DNA of 63,588 bases, filler included, from Globobulimina sp. (GCA_003354225.1; 44 parts of 44 records of this genome joined end to end with filler, not necessarily neighbours in it), one strand, 5' to 3'. Shown: positions 1 through 11,482, counted from the whole stretch's first letter. The notes: a model not told the origin generated them from the sequence alone. Numbers and translations: made by a program.

Positions 1-1346
1 TCAGGCTGTGGAATGGGTCGTGGTGTAATATTTTCTTCATTAAATTTGGGATGCAAAGCACGCAGAAATTCTTCATAATCAATTTGTCCGTCATCATCCC
101 AGTCGGCATAAACAATGCAATTGCCAATAAACACAGAAATATTCCTTTTCCGCCGCGAATCCCTTTCTTCCTTTGTCAATTTGGCATCATTTCCTTTGTC
201 AGCTTGAAAGTCGTCCAATTTTTTGATGCCTTCGTCAAAGGCATCCGGATTCACCGTAGCTAAACATCTCTTGATCTCTGCTTTTGTGATATGGCCATCG
301 TTGTCGACATCCAATCTCGCAAAGGCTTCCCATAACCTTTCGTCCACCGCAACCAACCTCTGATACGAAAAGGCGGTCACTAAAGATTCAAAATTGATGG
401 TATCCGTTTCATTCCAATCCAGCGAAGCAAAGATCGCTTCGATTTGGTAGTCTTTGTATCCGTGGTCGTATTCCCTCATTACAGACTTGAACTGTTTCAA
501 TGTCAACGAGCCGTCGCCGTCCACATCGAACTTATTCCAGGTTTCTTGTAATTGCGCCTTTTGTTTTGGTTCTATTTGATGCGCAAATAAGCGCGCAATC
601 ATTACCTTAAACTGGCAGTGCCCGCTAAATTTAGCAAACGCGTTCATCACAGTCAAGGGCAGCTTTTTCGCGTCGGCCAATTTGGAAAAGTATGGATGCG
701 CCAAACACTCCGCCGCCGTGTACCTAGTCCCCAGGTCACTGTCCAGCATCTTTGACAGCACATCCTTCAACGCCTCAGACACTGCGACTTCTGCCGGGAA
801 CCAGGCACCCAAACCACTGCAAACAACGGGGTTGAATCCCTTCAAAATCTTCCCAAATAACTCGCGATGGCCATTCATTGTCGACGCGTTGCTATCGATC
901 TCCTGCGTGCCTTCGAAAAATGGTGGATAGCCAAAGCGGAGCATGAAGAAAATGACTCCCACGCTCCAAATGTCTGCTTTTTTGTCGTAAAAACCGCCGA
1001 TCACTTCCGGTGCGACAAAGTTCGGAGTCCCCACCAAAACGCCTGCTTTGGTCAAGGGTGGGATGACGCGGCTCATTCCAAAGTCGATGAGCTGGATCTC
1101 GCCCTCCTCTGTAAACATAATATTATCCGGTTTGATGTCCAAATGGGCCATGTTGTGGTTGTGCAGAAACATCAGTCCCTCCAAGATCTGCTTCATCACA
1201 CTTTGGATCCGCTGCTCAGAGTGGAATTCCTCGTCCTCCGCTTCGATGTATTGCCACAAATTGCCGCCGGCACAGAAATTCGTCACTATGTACAAATAGT
1301 TCCTGTCCTCGAACACGTCGACTAAGTCAATCACATAGTTGGAGCC
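1..1346 (-). CDS. Calcium-dependent protein kinase (kinase domain plus EF-hands), partial at both ends
   Basis: Absent from the ORF track. Manual translation gives HLDIKPDN, DFG, GTPNFVAPE, KADIWSVG, then EF-hand loops DVDGDGSLT, DWNETDTIN, DVDNDGHIT, DWDDDGQIDYEEF. Confidence 0.92.
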
Positions 1347-1348
1347 GG

Positions 1349-1448
1349 NNNNNNNNNNNNNNNNNNNNNNNNNNNNNNNNNNNNNNNNNNNNTTAATTAA
1401 TTAANNNNNNNNNNNNNNNNNNNNNNNNNNNNNNNNNNNNNNNNNNNN
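1349..1448. other. Artificial contig spacer (N44-TTAATTAATTAA-N44), first of 43 copies, one about every 1,447-1,448 bp
   Basis: Identical 100-nt linker with stops in all six frames; flanking contigs are near-identical in length and unrelated in content. Confidence 0.98.
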
Positions 1449-1923
1449 AAAAATTTCGGCGTCATACTATTGATTGTTATTTCTCGATTCTTTTATGGAG
1501 ATTGAAGCTGGGACAATCACTAAGGACCAAACACAAATTCAAACTGATTTACGTATACAGGAAATGGAAGAGATTGAACCTGCAGGAAATCAGGTACTAA
1601 AATCATTTAACATCAACAATCAATACAGAAGAAAATACAGATACAAATCAGATGAAACAACGTTGTTTTGAACCAAAAGCTCCACCATCTTGTAAGAAAA
1701 AAGAAAATACAAAAGTTTATCATAGGAAAAGAAAAATGAGATATCAGTACGGGAGTAACGGGAAAAAATGCTTTTTATAACCATAATATGATACATACAC
1801 TTGATTTATATAATTAATAAAAGTTGTGTCTGCAGTGAAGGATATTAAAGTTGTCTAAGCAGAATGTAGCGTGGCAGTAAACTATAAAATAATTAAATTA
1901 ACGCACAACAACAGATTTATAAC

Positions 1924-2796
1924 TTATGCGTGACTGATATCGCAAGCACATATTATTGCATCACGAATACTATCGGTCACTTGATCAATGCTATCAATAT
2001 CTCTTTGATCCATCAACTCAAACAAATCCATATTACATTTGCCATTCATATTTGCATTGGCCATCAAATGATTTGGTAAAATATCCTCAATGTAAAATAA
2101 ATGCATATTATTCACCACCTTATCCTCGATCAAAATTGCTTCTCTTATCTCAATCTCCAGTCCATCCACAATATCAATAAAAGTTTCATCTGTTTTAATT
2201 TCCAACTCTTTCAACAATGCGTCCAATGAATCTGACTCAGAATCCATGGCCATATTTTTGTCATTTGCGGTCAACATTTTCTGATACAATTCTGCTTTAT
2301 CTTTGTCATAAGATATCAATTTTTGTTGCTGCTGGAAAGATAAAATCGGTTTAGGTTTATGACTGCTATCTTTTTCATGATTTGCTATTAATTGTTCTTG
2401 TATTTTGAGCTTTGAGTTTGAATATTTTTCATTGGAAGCGGGCGAATTTGAATTTGAATTTGAAGGCGAACGCGGTGAATGCATTAGTTTTTTGTTGTAA
2501 TTTTCCTCAATAAACAGTTTTGATTGTAATCCTCTGGCGATTTGTTTGATTAATTTTTGTAGGTTTACTGGCAAATCAATACCTCTTTGAAATTGTTTAT
2601 TGCGCAGTATGGAGGGCCGGGAAGTTAATATTTTGAAATATTTTAGGATTTTGCTTGCGCGCTTTCTGTAATTTTTCGGTTTGGAATAATCGGTAAACCA
2701 TGATTTTGGAGGGAAATCTGGTGGGTTGTAAGCAAATGATTGTTGAAACTCTTCATTTTTCAATAGCGATTCATGGAATTTGTATAGTTTTGCATA
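1924..2796 (-). CDS. Hypothetical protein with a possible PX-domain C-terminal half, 5'-partial
   Basis: PPDFPPKSWF...YRKRASKILKYFKIL resembles the PX proline loop and following helix. Confidence 0.45.
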   Translation of the reverse strand, partial: YAKLYKFHESLLKNEEFQQSFAYNPPDFPPKSWFTDYSKPKNYRKRASKILKYFKILTSRPSILRNKQFQRGIDLPVNLQKLIKQIARGLQSKLFIEENYNKKLMHSPRSPSNSNSNSPASNEKYSNSKLKIQEQLIANHEKDSSHKPKPILSFQQQQKLISYDKDKAELYQKMLTANDKNMAMDSESDSLDALLKELEIKTDETFIDIVDGLEIEIREAILIEDKVVNNMHLFYIEDILPNHLMANANMNGKCNMDLFELMDQRDIDSIDQVTDSIRDAIICACDISHA

Positions 2797-2896
2797 NNNN
2801 NNNNNNNNNNNNNNNNNNNNNNNNNNNNNNNNNNNNNNNNTTAATTAATTAANNNNNNNNNNNNNNNNNNNNNNNNNNNNNNNNNNNNNNNNNNNN

Positions 2897-4069
2897 AGAA
2901 TATTTAATTATGGTTTCCATAATGAATCGGGCGAGATGTTGTATTGTGTGGTGGATAAACATAAAACAAATCGAAAGTGCAATTGCGAGTATTTAATGCG
3001 ACAGCAATTGTTTACTAAAAACGAAGTATGTTCTGTCTGTCATTTGAGTGGAAACGATTTAATTGTTATAAAAGCAGTGGTTGATTCACATGCAATTCGT
3101 GGGAATTATATGCAAAAAATCAAAGATTTATTACATACTTATCCTGCGGAGTTTTGTCAGCAGATTGTATTCACCACGAAATGGCATAAACTGTGCGTAT
3201 TTAATACGAAAAACAATAAAACTTTCAATAAACAGCGACATACATTTTCCATCACTAAGACTGAGTTTATTGCCATTATTCAAAAAGAGATACATAACAA
3301 TGACAAAACAGTGCAATTAGTGCCGATTATTATGTTCAATATCTTATCAAATGGATATCGATTGGAATACGTTCATATCATTCAGCTGAAAGAGAACATT
3401 TCCATTGGTATTGCCTATATTTATGATCCTGAAAACGGTGTAAAAGTAACCGGGATACACTTAAATAAAAATAATATTCTAAATCAACATCAATTGGCAT
3501 CGCTGCATCATGACTGTCATTGTTTGGATGGTTTTAAATCTGAAATTAATGATTTACGCATTGGGAATCCTGACGACGATATCAATAAATATAAAGATTT
3601 AAAAAAGAAAAGCGATGCTTTAAAATATGAAATTGTGCAATTAGAACAGGGGAAACATAGAGAAAAATTAGAAAATCAAGAGTTACAGTCTGAGATTGCG
3701 CGGTTGAAGCAACAGCATGGTATGGATTTGGATCGATTAATAAATACAGTGCGCGAGTTACAGAAACAGGTGTTGCAGAAACATAATATTATTGAATATT
3801 ATCGAGGCTTAAACCACAGCATTAACAGTTCGATGGCTCTGACCACGCCGACCACCAATACGAACCGGTCATATTCATACTCGTTTTCTGCGACATCCAA
3901 TACGCCACAATCTATGCGTTTAAGAGGCGTGAGTAATGTGAGCAGCTCCAGTTTTAGCGGATTGGTCAGCACTTTGGCCTTGCCGCAGTTGCCTGTGACC
4001 CCGGAACATGTGGCAGTGTATGGGAATAACAACGGGTTTTTTAATAATATGAATAATACACAACAATGA
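2897..4069 (+). CDS. Hypothetical protein: possible divergent DUF3825-like domain, coiled coil and S/T/N-rich tail; 5'-partial
   Basis: Frame is open from the contig edge (RIFNYGFHNESGEMLYCVV); heptad-rich region follows the globular part. Confidence 0.45.
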   Translation, partial: RIFNYGFHNESGEMLYCVVDKHKTNRKCNCEYLMRQQLFTKNEVCSVCHLSGNDLIVIKAVVDSHAIRGNYMQKIKDLLHTYPAEFCQQIVFTTKWHKLCVFNTKNNKTFNKQRHTFSITKTEFIAIIQKEIHNNDKTVQLVPIIMFNILSNGYRLEYVHIIQLKENISIGIAYIYDPENGVKVTGIHLNKNNILNQHQLASLHHDCHCLDGFKSEINDLRIGNPDDDINKYKDLKKKSDALKYEIVQLEQGKHREKLENQELQSEIARLKQQHGMDLDRLINTVRELQKQVLQKHNIIEYYRGLNHSINSSMALTTPTTNTNRSYSYSFSATSNTPQSMRLRGVSNVSSSSFSGLVSTLALPQLPVTPEHVAVYGNNNGFFNNMNNTQQ

Positions 4070-4346
4070 AGTATACGTATATACGTTTTTTTGTTTGTTT
4101 TTTTTTGTTGATTATGTTTATGGTTGAGATTATTTGCATTACCTTCTGTCAGTAAGTTTAGTTTTGTTTTTAATCTTAGTGTAGTTATATATTACTTTGA
4201 TATTTTTTTTATTTGTCTCCGTTTTTGTTTTTTTTTTGTGTTATNNNNNNNNNNNNNNNNNNNNNNNNNNNNNNNNNNNNNNNNNNNNTTAATTAATTAA
4301 NNNNNNNNNNNNNNNNNNNNNNNNNNNNNNNNNNNNNNNNNNNNTG

Positions 4347-5507
4347 ATATTCAATAATGTCCTGTTTGGCGTCAAGGAGCTGATGAAAAAGCATAGTATT
4401 CGGCAATTGGAGGGGATTAAGTGTGTCATTGGCATCATTTTGCAGTATGGAGTGGAGAATGAATTGTATGTTAATGAGTGCGTGGATTTGTTGATGAATT
4501 TGAGCGTGAATGAGACCGAAATATCACAGAGTGAGTATTCGCAGATTATTGTGAGTGAAACGCAGACTTTGTTTGAAATTGAAAGGAAGCGCGGTAAGGC
4601 GAAGTATTTTGGTGTGATGGTCTTAATTGGCGAGCTGTACAATGTTGGCTTGTTTAACTTGAATTTATTGTTTGTGCAGGTTTTGAATGTGATATTCGGC
4701 GATAATTACCAGAATAAGTTGGGCGCGATGGACATTGAAGCAGTTTGTAAATTATTTATACAATGTTGTAAATTGTTGGATAAACAAGATACGGTTTCTG
4801 TGGATAACTATATTGAGATATTGATGAATAATGTCAATGCAATAAATAATAATGAGGATGTCGGCAGAATCAATGGTTTGATTTGCAAAGTAAACGAGTT
4901 GCGGTCCACTACGGAATTAAAACAAATGTACGATAAATTAGGGCGCGATTATGACAAATTGGAGACTGAATATGTTTTATTAGAGAACCGATATGAAATA
5001 AACGAGAAAGAACTGAATAAAATATTGAATGATCATAAGATATTACAAATTAAATATAATGAAATTCAACAAAAATATACTGAAAATATTCGCAAATCGC
5101 AGTATAAATTGTGGAGTTTTAAGGATATCGCAAATTGGATACTCGATTTAGATAAGAAACGGTATGAGAAATATTATAACTTATTGTGCGAGAATATGGC
5201 GAATGAAAGTATTGATGGAACGTGTTTGGTGAATATGGATAAAAATGATTTACATCGATTGGGGATTACTCAGTTTAAGGATAAATATTCCATTTATTCA
5301 CAGATTCAGGAATTAATTCAAAAAAAACAGATGAAAAATTTAAAAAATATTAGCAAGAAATGTCAAATTTGTAATAATAACATTGCATGTTTTGCATGCA
5401 TACCTTGTGGACATTTATCTGTTTGTCAGAAATGTAAAGCTTATCCAAATGGAAAATGTCCAAGTTGTCAACAAAAATATCAATCATTGCAACCGATTTA
5501 TGCATAA
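4347..5507 (+). CDS. MIF4G-like, coiled-coil, SAM and RING-HC zinc-finger protein; 5'-partial
   Basis: GVMVLIGELYN...DIEAVCKLF (MIF4G-like); WSFKDIANWI...IDGTCL...LHRLGI (SAM); CQIC...CIPCGHLSVCQKC...CPSC (RING). Confidence 0.8.
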   Translation: MFNNVLFGVKELMKKHSIRQLEGIKCVIGIILQYGVENELYVNECVDLLMNLSVNETEISQSEYSQIIVSETQTLFEIERKRGKAKYFGVMVLIGELYNVGLFNLNLLFVQVLNVIFGDNYQNKLGAMDIEAVCKLFIQCCKLLDKQDTVSVDNYIEILMNNVNAINNNEDVGRINGLICKVNELRSTTELKQMYDKLGRDYDKLETEYVLLENRYEINEKELNKILNDHKILQIKYNEIQQKYTENIRKSQYKLWSFKDIANWILDLDKKRYEKYYNLLCENMANESIDGTCLVNMDKNDLHRLGITQFKDKYSIYSQIQELIQKKQMKNLKNISKKCQICNNNIACFACIPCGHLSVCQKCKAYPNGKCPSCQQKYQSLQPIYA

Positions 5508-5792
5508 ATTAATGACCAAAATGAGATAACAAAATATTTAATTAATTACTGTAATAATAAATTACATAAATAAATTTTAAAAACAAAAAATCAGCTCTTT
5601 CATTGTTTGTTGATTTTTAATTATTTTTAAATAATTTATGTCATCGAATTTCTGCTGTTTTTATAGCGGATTTGATCGGATTTATTACTTTTNNNNNNNN
5701 NNNNNNNNNNNNNNNNNNNNNNNNNNNNNNNNNNNNTTAATTAATTAANNNNNNNNNNNNNNNNNNNNNNNNNNNNNNNNNNNNNNNNNNNN

Positions 5793-6890
5793 CGAATCCT
5801 CGACAAAGCTTGCTTTTTATTCCATTTCTCATGGTTATTTGTTGTAATTGGAAGCAACGGTCGTTCGATGCATTCATTTGTATTTTTCTGATAGGCGCTA
5901 AATATTAAATCAATCCAAAATCTCTTTGCATAACTTTCCTTGAAATACTTTAAATGATCAATGCAAACAACATCAGATATTGTTCTATTATACCAAATTA
6001 ACAACACACGACATTTATCCGTGCCATACTTTAAATGGTGAAATAATGCATTAATCATCGGCGTAATTCCTGTGCCACCACATATTAATATAACTCTTCT
6101 CCAGCATTGCCTGCCAAATCCAAAGTTAATTGGCGATAATAACTGTTGTCTTTCAAATGGCCCCGTCAGCCGCAACGAACTATTTATATTTAATGAAGAT
6201 ATAATTGAGCTCATTCTTCCTTTTTTATACAACCGAACCAACAAAAATAACCTTCCTCCCTCGGTGGGTTTGGGTTTTCGCACAAAACACTTTGCACAGT
6301 TTTTCTTTTTATTTTTCGCCGCCTCTCTTTCATTTTGCAATGGCGTCCCGTTGTCACATAGAATAAAACCTGGATTAATGGGAGTGTAAGCTCTCGTTAC
6401 TGTTTCTTTGCCGGTATCATGCAATAATATATAGTCTCCAGCACAAAACTTTGTTTGTGCGTCAATGTCAAACTCTAACAAGAAAATGGGACGGCTGCAA
6501 TCGGCGGCGGACATCTTTGTTTTGCTCAACAACTTTACAATTCGAAAACGTTTTGCTTCTGACACCTTTTGCGTTTTTTTGGCTAAATCCGCAACGGTTA
6601 ATCCTTTTGCTTTATGTTTTAATAATGTTTGTTTTGAAATAATTCTGTTTCTGTTCGCATCACCATCGTCATCGCTGCCCTCATCGTCTGTTATATTATC
6701 AATTAAGTCTACTAATTCATCAATTTCATAACTCTCCAAAAACGCATCCAACTTATTATGATCAAATGCATTGTCTGTTTCTTCGTCGCTGTCCTCGTCG
6801 TTTATAGCAACTTCAGCCTTTGTCGAAGAGCCATATCTTGAGAGATTTCTGTTTCTGAAACTTATTCTTCCAATCACATTCTGAGTTTGA
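5793..6890 (-). CDS. NADH-cytochrome b5 reductase-like flavoprotein (FNR family), truncated
   Basis: RAYTP, GRMS, LTGPF, CGGTGITPM and WYNRT motifs; 5' boundary approximate because of an apparent chimeric junction. Confidence 0.85.
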
Positions 6891-6934
6891 GACGGAATCT
6901 CTCCAACAATCTCCACAAGCACAAGAACAGTTGG

Positions 6935-7140
6935 CATAACGGGCTGAAGCTTGAAGACCAGGATTTGTTCGGGATCTCATTGAAGGGGTCCGTCAGTCGG
7001 TCTGACAAGTCGGCTTTGCTGGAACTGGCCACTCAGGCCATGTCCCGCAAAAAGGTAAAGTTGGTCATGGACCTTGGGGGATTGACCAGCCTTGGTGGCG
7101 GCGGAGCCAGAGTGCTCGCCGACTTCCAGCGTCAATTGAT
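6935..7140 (+). CDS. Bacterial STAS-domain (anti-sigma factor antagonist-like) fragment
   Basis: ISLKGSV...KLVMDLGGLTSLGGGGARVLAD fits the STAS pattern; GC rises abruptly relative to the rest of the contig. Confidence 0.6.
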
Positions 7141-7347
7141 NNNNNNNNNNNNNNNNNNNNNNNNNNNNNNNNNNNNNNNNNNNNTTAATTAATTAANNNN
7201 NNNNNNNNNNNNNNNNNNNNNNNNNNNNNNNNNNNNNNNNTGATTATCAAGTCGATCACTAATTCATTTCGTCAAATTAAAATACTAAAGCAGTGAAAGC
7301 ATGACTACTATTAAAAAAATATATAAATAAATGATTGATATTATGGT

Positions 7348-8550
7348 TCATACGCATCCTTCATCATTCCCCAGAGTTTCATTTTTATTTTTATCCATTT
7401 TTTCAATTTTATCCTGCAACTCATGCATTGTATTTGTCAAACATCGAATTTGCTCTTTTAATTCATCATATGTATCACCATTATTACCACACTCTTTCTC
7501 CTCATCGTACCCATCATTGCTATCCATAAAAACCTCTCTTCCCTTTTGATTATAATAATGTAATATTTTAACATTGCACTCAAATTCAATACTTTTCAAT
7601 GCTTTCAGTTGTTTCCTAAATAAATCAACGCCTTTCCATGCACAATATTTTTGTTCCCCAAACATTATTTTTATTCTCTGCTTCCATTCAATTCCGAACG
7701 AACAACATCGTAAAGTCACAAACACCTCAACATCCTCAACATTCCACGGAGTTGACAGCAAATACAATTCTAATCTCACACCGCCATTATGAGGATCACA
7801 TGGCACACATCGCAAGCACCAAATATCAAATCTCTTCGACACAAACATTTTGTGTCTGCCATTGCCACCGTCTAAAAATAACGGCGTGATCGGCATTACC
7901 CATTTTGCAGTGATCTCCTTCAGCGGTTCGAACGCATTCACCTCACTCAAATAGCCCATAACCGTAAACTCCTGCGGATATGCTTTGAATTTGCATTGTA
8001 GCACAGTCAAAGTTATAGTAAACGTGATTGTATCCAAATATTTCAATTGCGATAACTCCAAACAATAAATGGGTAGAATGGACATAGAGGTTTGATAAAA
8101 CTCTGTTTTGTCATTGGAAAAGGAGAAGGCATTGCTGTTTCTAGTGTGTGTTTCGACGCATAATACGTCAAATAATATCTGTATAGAGGTCGTGGGCCAA
8201 GCACTGGGAAACTGGACACATTCTAAATACATCGCAACAGATCCTTTGGTGTCATTGGAAGTGCCGTTGGGAGCGCACTGTAACTTCCATCGAGAATCTT
8301 TATAAACATTGTCATATATCGGGGAGCTCCATTGTTGGGCGACATTACTGTTCAAAAAGCGGTTCATTTGATGCTGCGGTATACGCCATAATAATTTTGT
8401 ATGTTTAGTGTTTTTATAAAGCTCTGATGTTTTTAGTGAAGGCGTACAACTTAATATTGGTCTGTTTGGTGTAGTGATGTTAGCATCTTCTTGTTGTTCA
8501 TATTGTGGGTTTCTCACAGGTTTAGGAGCTATGACATGGACATTACACAT
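7348..8550 (-). CDS. Tandem MATH/TRAF-like domain protein with C-terminal coiled coil
   Basis: Two copies of the MATH pattern: SSPIY..RWKLQCAPNG..GSVAMYLEC and VSKRF..WCLRCVP..GGVRLELYL. Confidence 0.75.
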   Translation of the reverse strand: MCNVHVIAPKPVRNPQYEQQEDANITTPNRPILSCTPSLKTSELYKNTKHTKLLWRIPQHQMNRFLNSNVAQQWSSPIYDNVYKDSRWKLQCAPNGTSNDTKGSVAMYLECVQFPSAWPTTSIQILFDVLCVETHTRNSNAFSFSNDKTEFYQTSMSILPIYCLELSQLKYLDTITFTITLTVLQCKFKAYPQEFTVMGYLSEVNAFEPLKEITAKWVMPITPLFLDGGNGRHKMFVSKRFDIWCLRCVPCDPHNGGVRLELYLLSTPWNVEDVEVFVTLRCCSFGIEWKQRIKIMFGEQKYCAWKGVDLFRKQLKALKSIEFECNVKILHYYNQKGREVFMDSNDGYDEEKECGNNGDTYDELKEQIRCLTNTMHELQDKIEKMDKNKNETLGNDEGCV

Positions 8551-8688
8551 GATATTAATTTTTGTTTTGTTTGATCGTTGTATACATTNNNNNNNNNNNN
8601 NNNNNNNNNNNNNNNNNNNNNNNNNNNNNNNNTTAATTAATTAANNNNNNNNNNNNNNNNNNNNNNNNNNNNNNNNNNNNNNNNNNNN

Positions 8689-9049
8689 TGAAAAGCCAGG
8701 TGATGAGTTTATTCCTTCATTAATGGAGAAAATTGAGGATTTAAATTTTGAAAGCAAAAAGATTTACACCACAGGTTCAATTATTTCGTGGAAAGGCTGG
8801 GTTCTTATTGGCTTTATCATTTCAGTAATTTTTACTTTGCTGTTTCAAACAGGCCCTACCACGTTGAGTTTTTCATTTTTCAATCAATTCATCGATAAAA
8901 TTCCTTCATTTCATTTTTCAATGTCCATTTCGAGCATATTCCTAACAGGTTTGTTTGCCGTTGTATTCTATTTTATCATCCGAATCTCACTTACCGTGAG
9001 AAGTGTAAATGAATCAGAAAAGGGAACCACTTATAGTATCTTATTGTAA
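8689..9049 (+). CDS. Bacterial membrane protein (two TM helices, possibly anti-sigma-like), 5'-partial
   Basis: Two hydrophobic segments; intronless; tandem with a Bacteroidota-type gene. Confidence 0.5.
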
Positions 9050-9121
9050 CGCCTATTAAGTTATCTGGAGCAAAATATTAACTGGTTGTATCAATTTAGC
9101 CACCGAAAATATAATTATGGA

Positions 9122-9973
9122 ATGAAACAACTATTTGTATCATTTATCATCTTATTGATAACAACTCAGATTTGCTTTTCGCAAAACCATCACAATATTC
9201 AGCAAAGCAATCGTAAGGGAGATTTTTACATTTATTGGGGATGGAATTGGTCATGGTATAGTACCTCAGACATTAGTTTCAAGGGAAATAATTATGATTT
9301 TAAACTGGACAATGTATTTGCCAATGACCGACAATCCAAATTTAATTTTAACACATACTTTAACCCTACAACAATTACAATACCCCAATATAATTTCAGG
9401 GTTGGTTATTTTATAAATGATCATTACAATATCTCATTAGGAATAGATCATATGAAATATGTTGTTGAGTCTTATCAAATTGTTAACATATCTGGAACTA
9501 TAGATAGTACTGATACATACTACGACGGGGAATATGCCAATGAAGATATTATTATCAAAGGTAATTTTTTGGAATTTGAGCATACCGACGGTTTAAATTA
9601 TGTAAACGTTGAATTCAGACGATTTGATGAAATTATCAATCTGAATAAAGTTAGCATTAATATTACTGAAGGTGTAGGCGCAGGTGCGCTTTACCCAAAA
9701 TCAAATACAGCATTACTAAATTTTGACAGATATGATGAGTTTCATATGGCGGGCTACGGTTTAAGTGGCATGGTTGGAATAAATGTAACTTTTTATAAAT
9801 ACTTTTTTGTGCAATCAGAATTAAAGGGAGGGTTTATAAATATGCCTGATATTCGCACCACGATATCAAAGTCAGATAAAGCAAGCCAGAATTTCTTTTT
9901 CACTCAGTTAAATATAGTTTTTGGAGCTAATTTGAATTTTACAGGAAACAAACTAGAAACTAAAAAGAAATAA
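9122..9973 (+). CDS. Bacteroidota-type outer-membrane beta-barrel protein
   Basis: Signal peptide MKQLFVSFIILLITTQICFSQ; YWGWN, IPQYNFRVGYF, DHMKY and FEHTDGLNY motifs; amphipathic strands. Confidence 0.75.
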   Translation: MKQLFVSFIILLITTQICFSQNHHNIQQSNRKGDFYIYWGWNWSWYSTSDISFKGNNYDFKLDNVFANDRQSKFNFNTYFNPTTITIPQYNFRVGYFINDHYNISLGIDHMKYVVESYQIVNISGTIDSTDTYYDGEYANEDIIIKGNFLEFEHTDGLNYVNVEFRRFDEIINLNKVSINITEGVGAGALYPKSNTALLNFDRYDEFHMAGYGLSGMVGINVTFYKYFFVQSELKGGFINMPDIRTTISKSDKASQNFFFTQLNIVFGANLNFTGNKLETKKK

Positions 9974-10150
9974 CTGGGATACAGCAAGATATATGAATAA
10001 ACTAACGCAAATTGGGATTCCAATAATGGTAAATCANNNNNNNNNNNNNNNNNNNNNNNNNNNNNNNNNNNNNNNNNNNNTTAATTAATTAANNNNNNNN
10101 NNNNNNNNNNNNNNNNNNNNNNNNNNNNNNNNNNNNATGAAATAGTTTTC

Positions 10151-11482
10151 TCAACTATCGAGTAGAAATACCACATTCAACAGCAATTTGGAGAGGATCT
10201 CACTTTGCTCCTTCTCAAACAAGGCACGCATCTCTTTGATGCCCCTTCCATCCAAACATAAGTCATAAGTCTCGCACAACTGATCCACATCGCGCAAACT
10301 GTTGAATTTGATGTCGATTCCTTTCTTCTCTTTCTCTTCCTCGCCCTCATAATACGAGTCGATGCTAAACCATTTGTACGGGCCGCTCTTCTCTCGATCA
10401 GACACTGCTTGCAAGCATAATATCGGCTTGGTCGCAATGTAGAGGTCCTTGGCCACCGCACAGGCAGTCAGCACATGGTCGCCAGTGATCATCATCACCG
10501 CATGGCTGCTCGCCTTTAATTGGATGATCGTGTCCAGCGAATCGGGTTTATGCGGGCAGGCAAACACTAAAAAGCCTCCGAATATCAACTCATTTTCTAA
10601 ATTATTCCGTTTTAACGACTTTAAATATTGTCTGTCTCTTAGTTTATGCATGGAGATACTGCTAATATTCTTCCAACCGAGTGCCAATACGCGGAAACCC
10701 TGTTTACTGAAATACGAATGTATCAAATTATAATTTGACGGCATTTGCTTCAATCTATGTCCAATTGTCTCCGCTGCGCCTTTGCACACTAAGCGTACCA
10801 TAGCTTGCGAGCCTTTTTTTTTGGTCACGGACACAATGCAACTCATTCGCTTCAATGCCGACGAGAATGCAAATCGATGCCATATACGCACAGCGGGGAA
10901 CATTTGCGCCGTATCCTCGCGGTTTAGCTTCTTTGGCGACGCAGTGTTGTTTGTAAAACTCCATCCCATCGCTTGTAAGGCACATTTCTCCAATGGGTCG
11001 CCAATGATTTTGCCTTCTAACTGTATCAAGGAGTGACAGCCGGCAATCACAAAGGTAGCATCCGGCGAAAACTTCTTCGCTGCAGTCGTGATGATATCAT
11101 TTAATACAATATCATCCGCCGAGCGATGCATTTTCTGCACTACTTTGTAATCAATATTCAGTTTGGTACAGCCGACCACTTGAAATGAATCCGATGTCAA
11201 TGTGCCAGTCTTATCAAAACAACATACTTCCACTGCGCCGCCGAAGGGGATCCTGAATGCTTCCGTACAAAAGATTTTCTGCCGCAACAATTTCACCATT
11301 GAATTGTTCACCGCTAAGGAGAGCTCCATGGGCAATTCTGGCGGCACCACAGAAGTGATGATCATGATACAATTCAGTGCTAATTTGTACTGCGAACGGG
11401 TTTCATCCTTCAAGCCCCAATACAGCACATAGCCGCTCGCCACAATGGCAAAGCAGAGCAAGATGAGAATGAATACGAATGC
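10151..11482 (-). CDS. P5A-type ATPase (ATP13A1/Spf1-like), internal fragment
   Basis: VVPPELPMEL, CFDKTGTLT, GDPLEK, FSSALKRMS, KGAAE and MITGD motifs. Confidence 0.93.
   Translation of the reverse strand, partial: AFVFILILLCFAIVASGYVLYWGLKDETRSQYKLALNCIMIITSVVPPELPMELSLAVNNSMVKLLRQKIFCTEAFRIPFGGAVEVCCFDKTGTLTSDSFQVVGCTKLNIDYKVVQKMHRSADDIVLNDIITTAAKKFSPDATFVIAGCHSLIQLEGKIIGDPLEKCALQAMGWSFTNNTASPKKLNREDTAQMFPAVRIWHRFAFSSALKRMSCIVSVTKKKGSQAMVRLVCKGAAETIGHRLKQMPSNYNLIHSYFSKQGFRVLALGWKNISSISMHKLRDRQYLKSLKRNNLENELIFGGFLVFACPHKPDSLDTIIQLKASSHAVMMITGDHVLTACAVAKDLYIATKPILCLQAVSDREKSGPYKWFSIDSYYEGEEEKEKKGIDIKFNSLRDVDQLCETYDLCLDGRGIKEMRALFEKEQSEILSKLLLNVVFLLDS

Noticed and set aside
51-1325. Plus-strand ORFs 51-263, 682-930, 867-1325 and 1048-1299
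   Set aside because: Antisense shadows of the minus-strand CDPK
5793-6890. Nitrate reductase of a eukaryotic denitrification pathway
   Set aside because: Only the FAD/NADH module is present; no cytochrome b5 or molybdopterin domain is visible upstream
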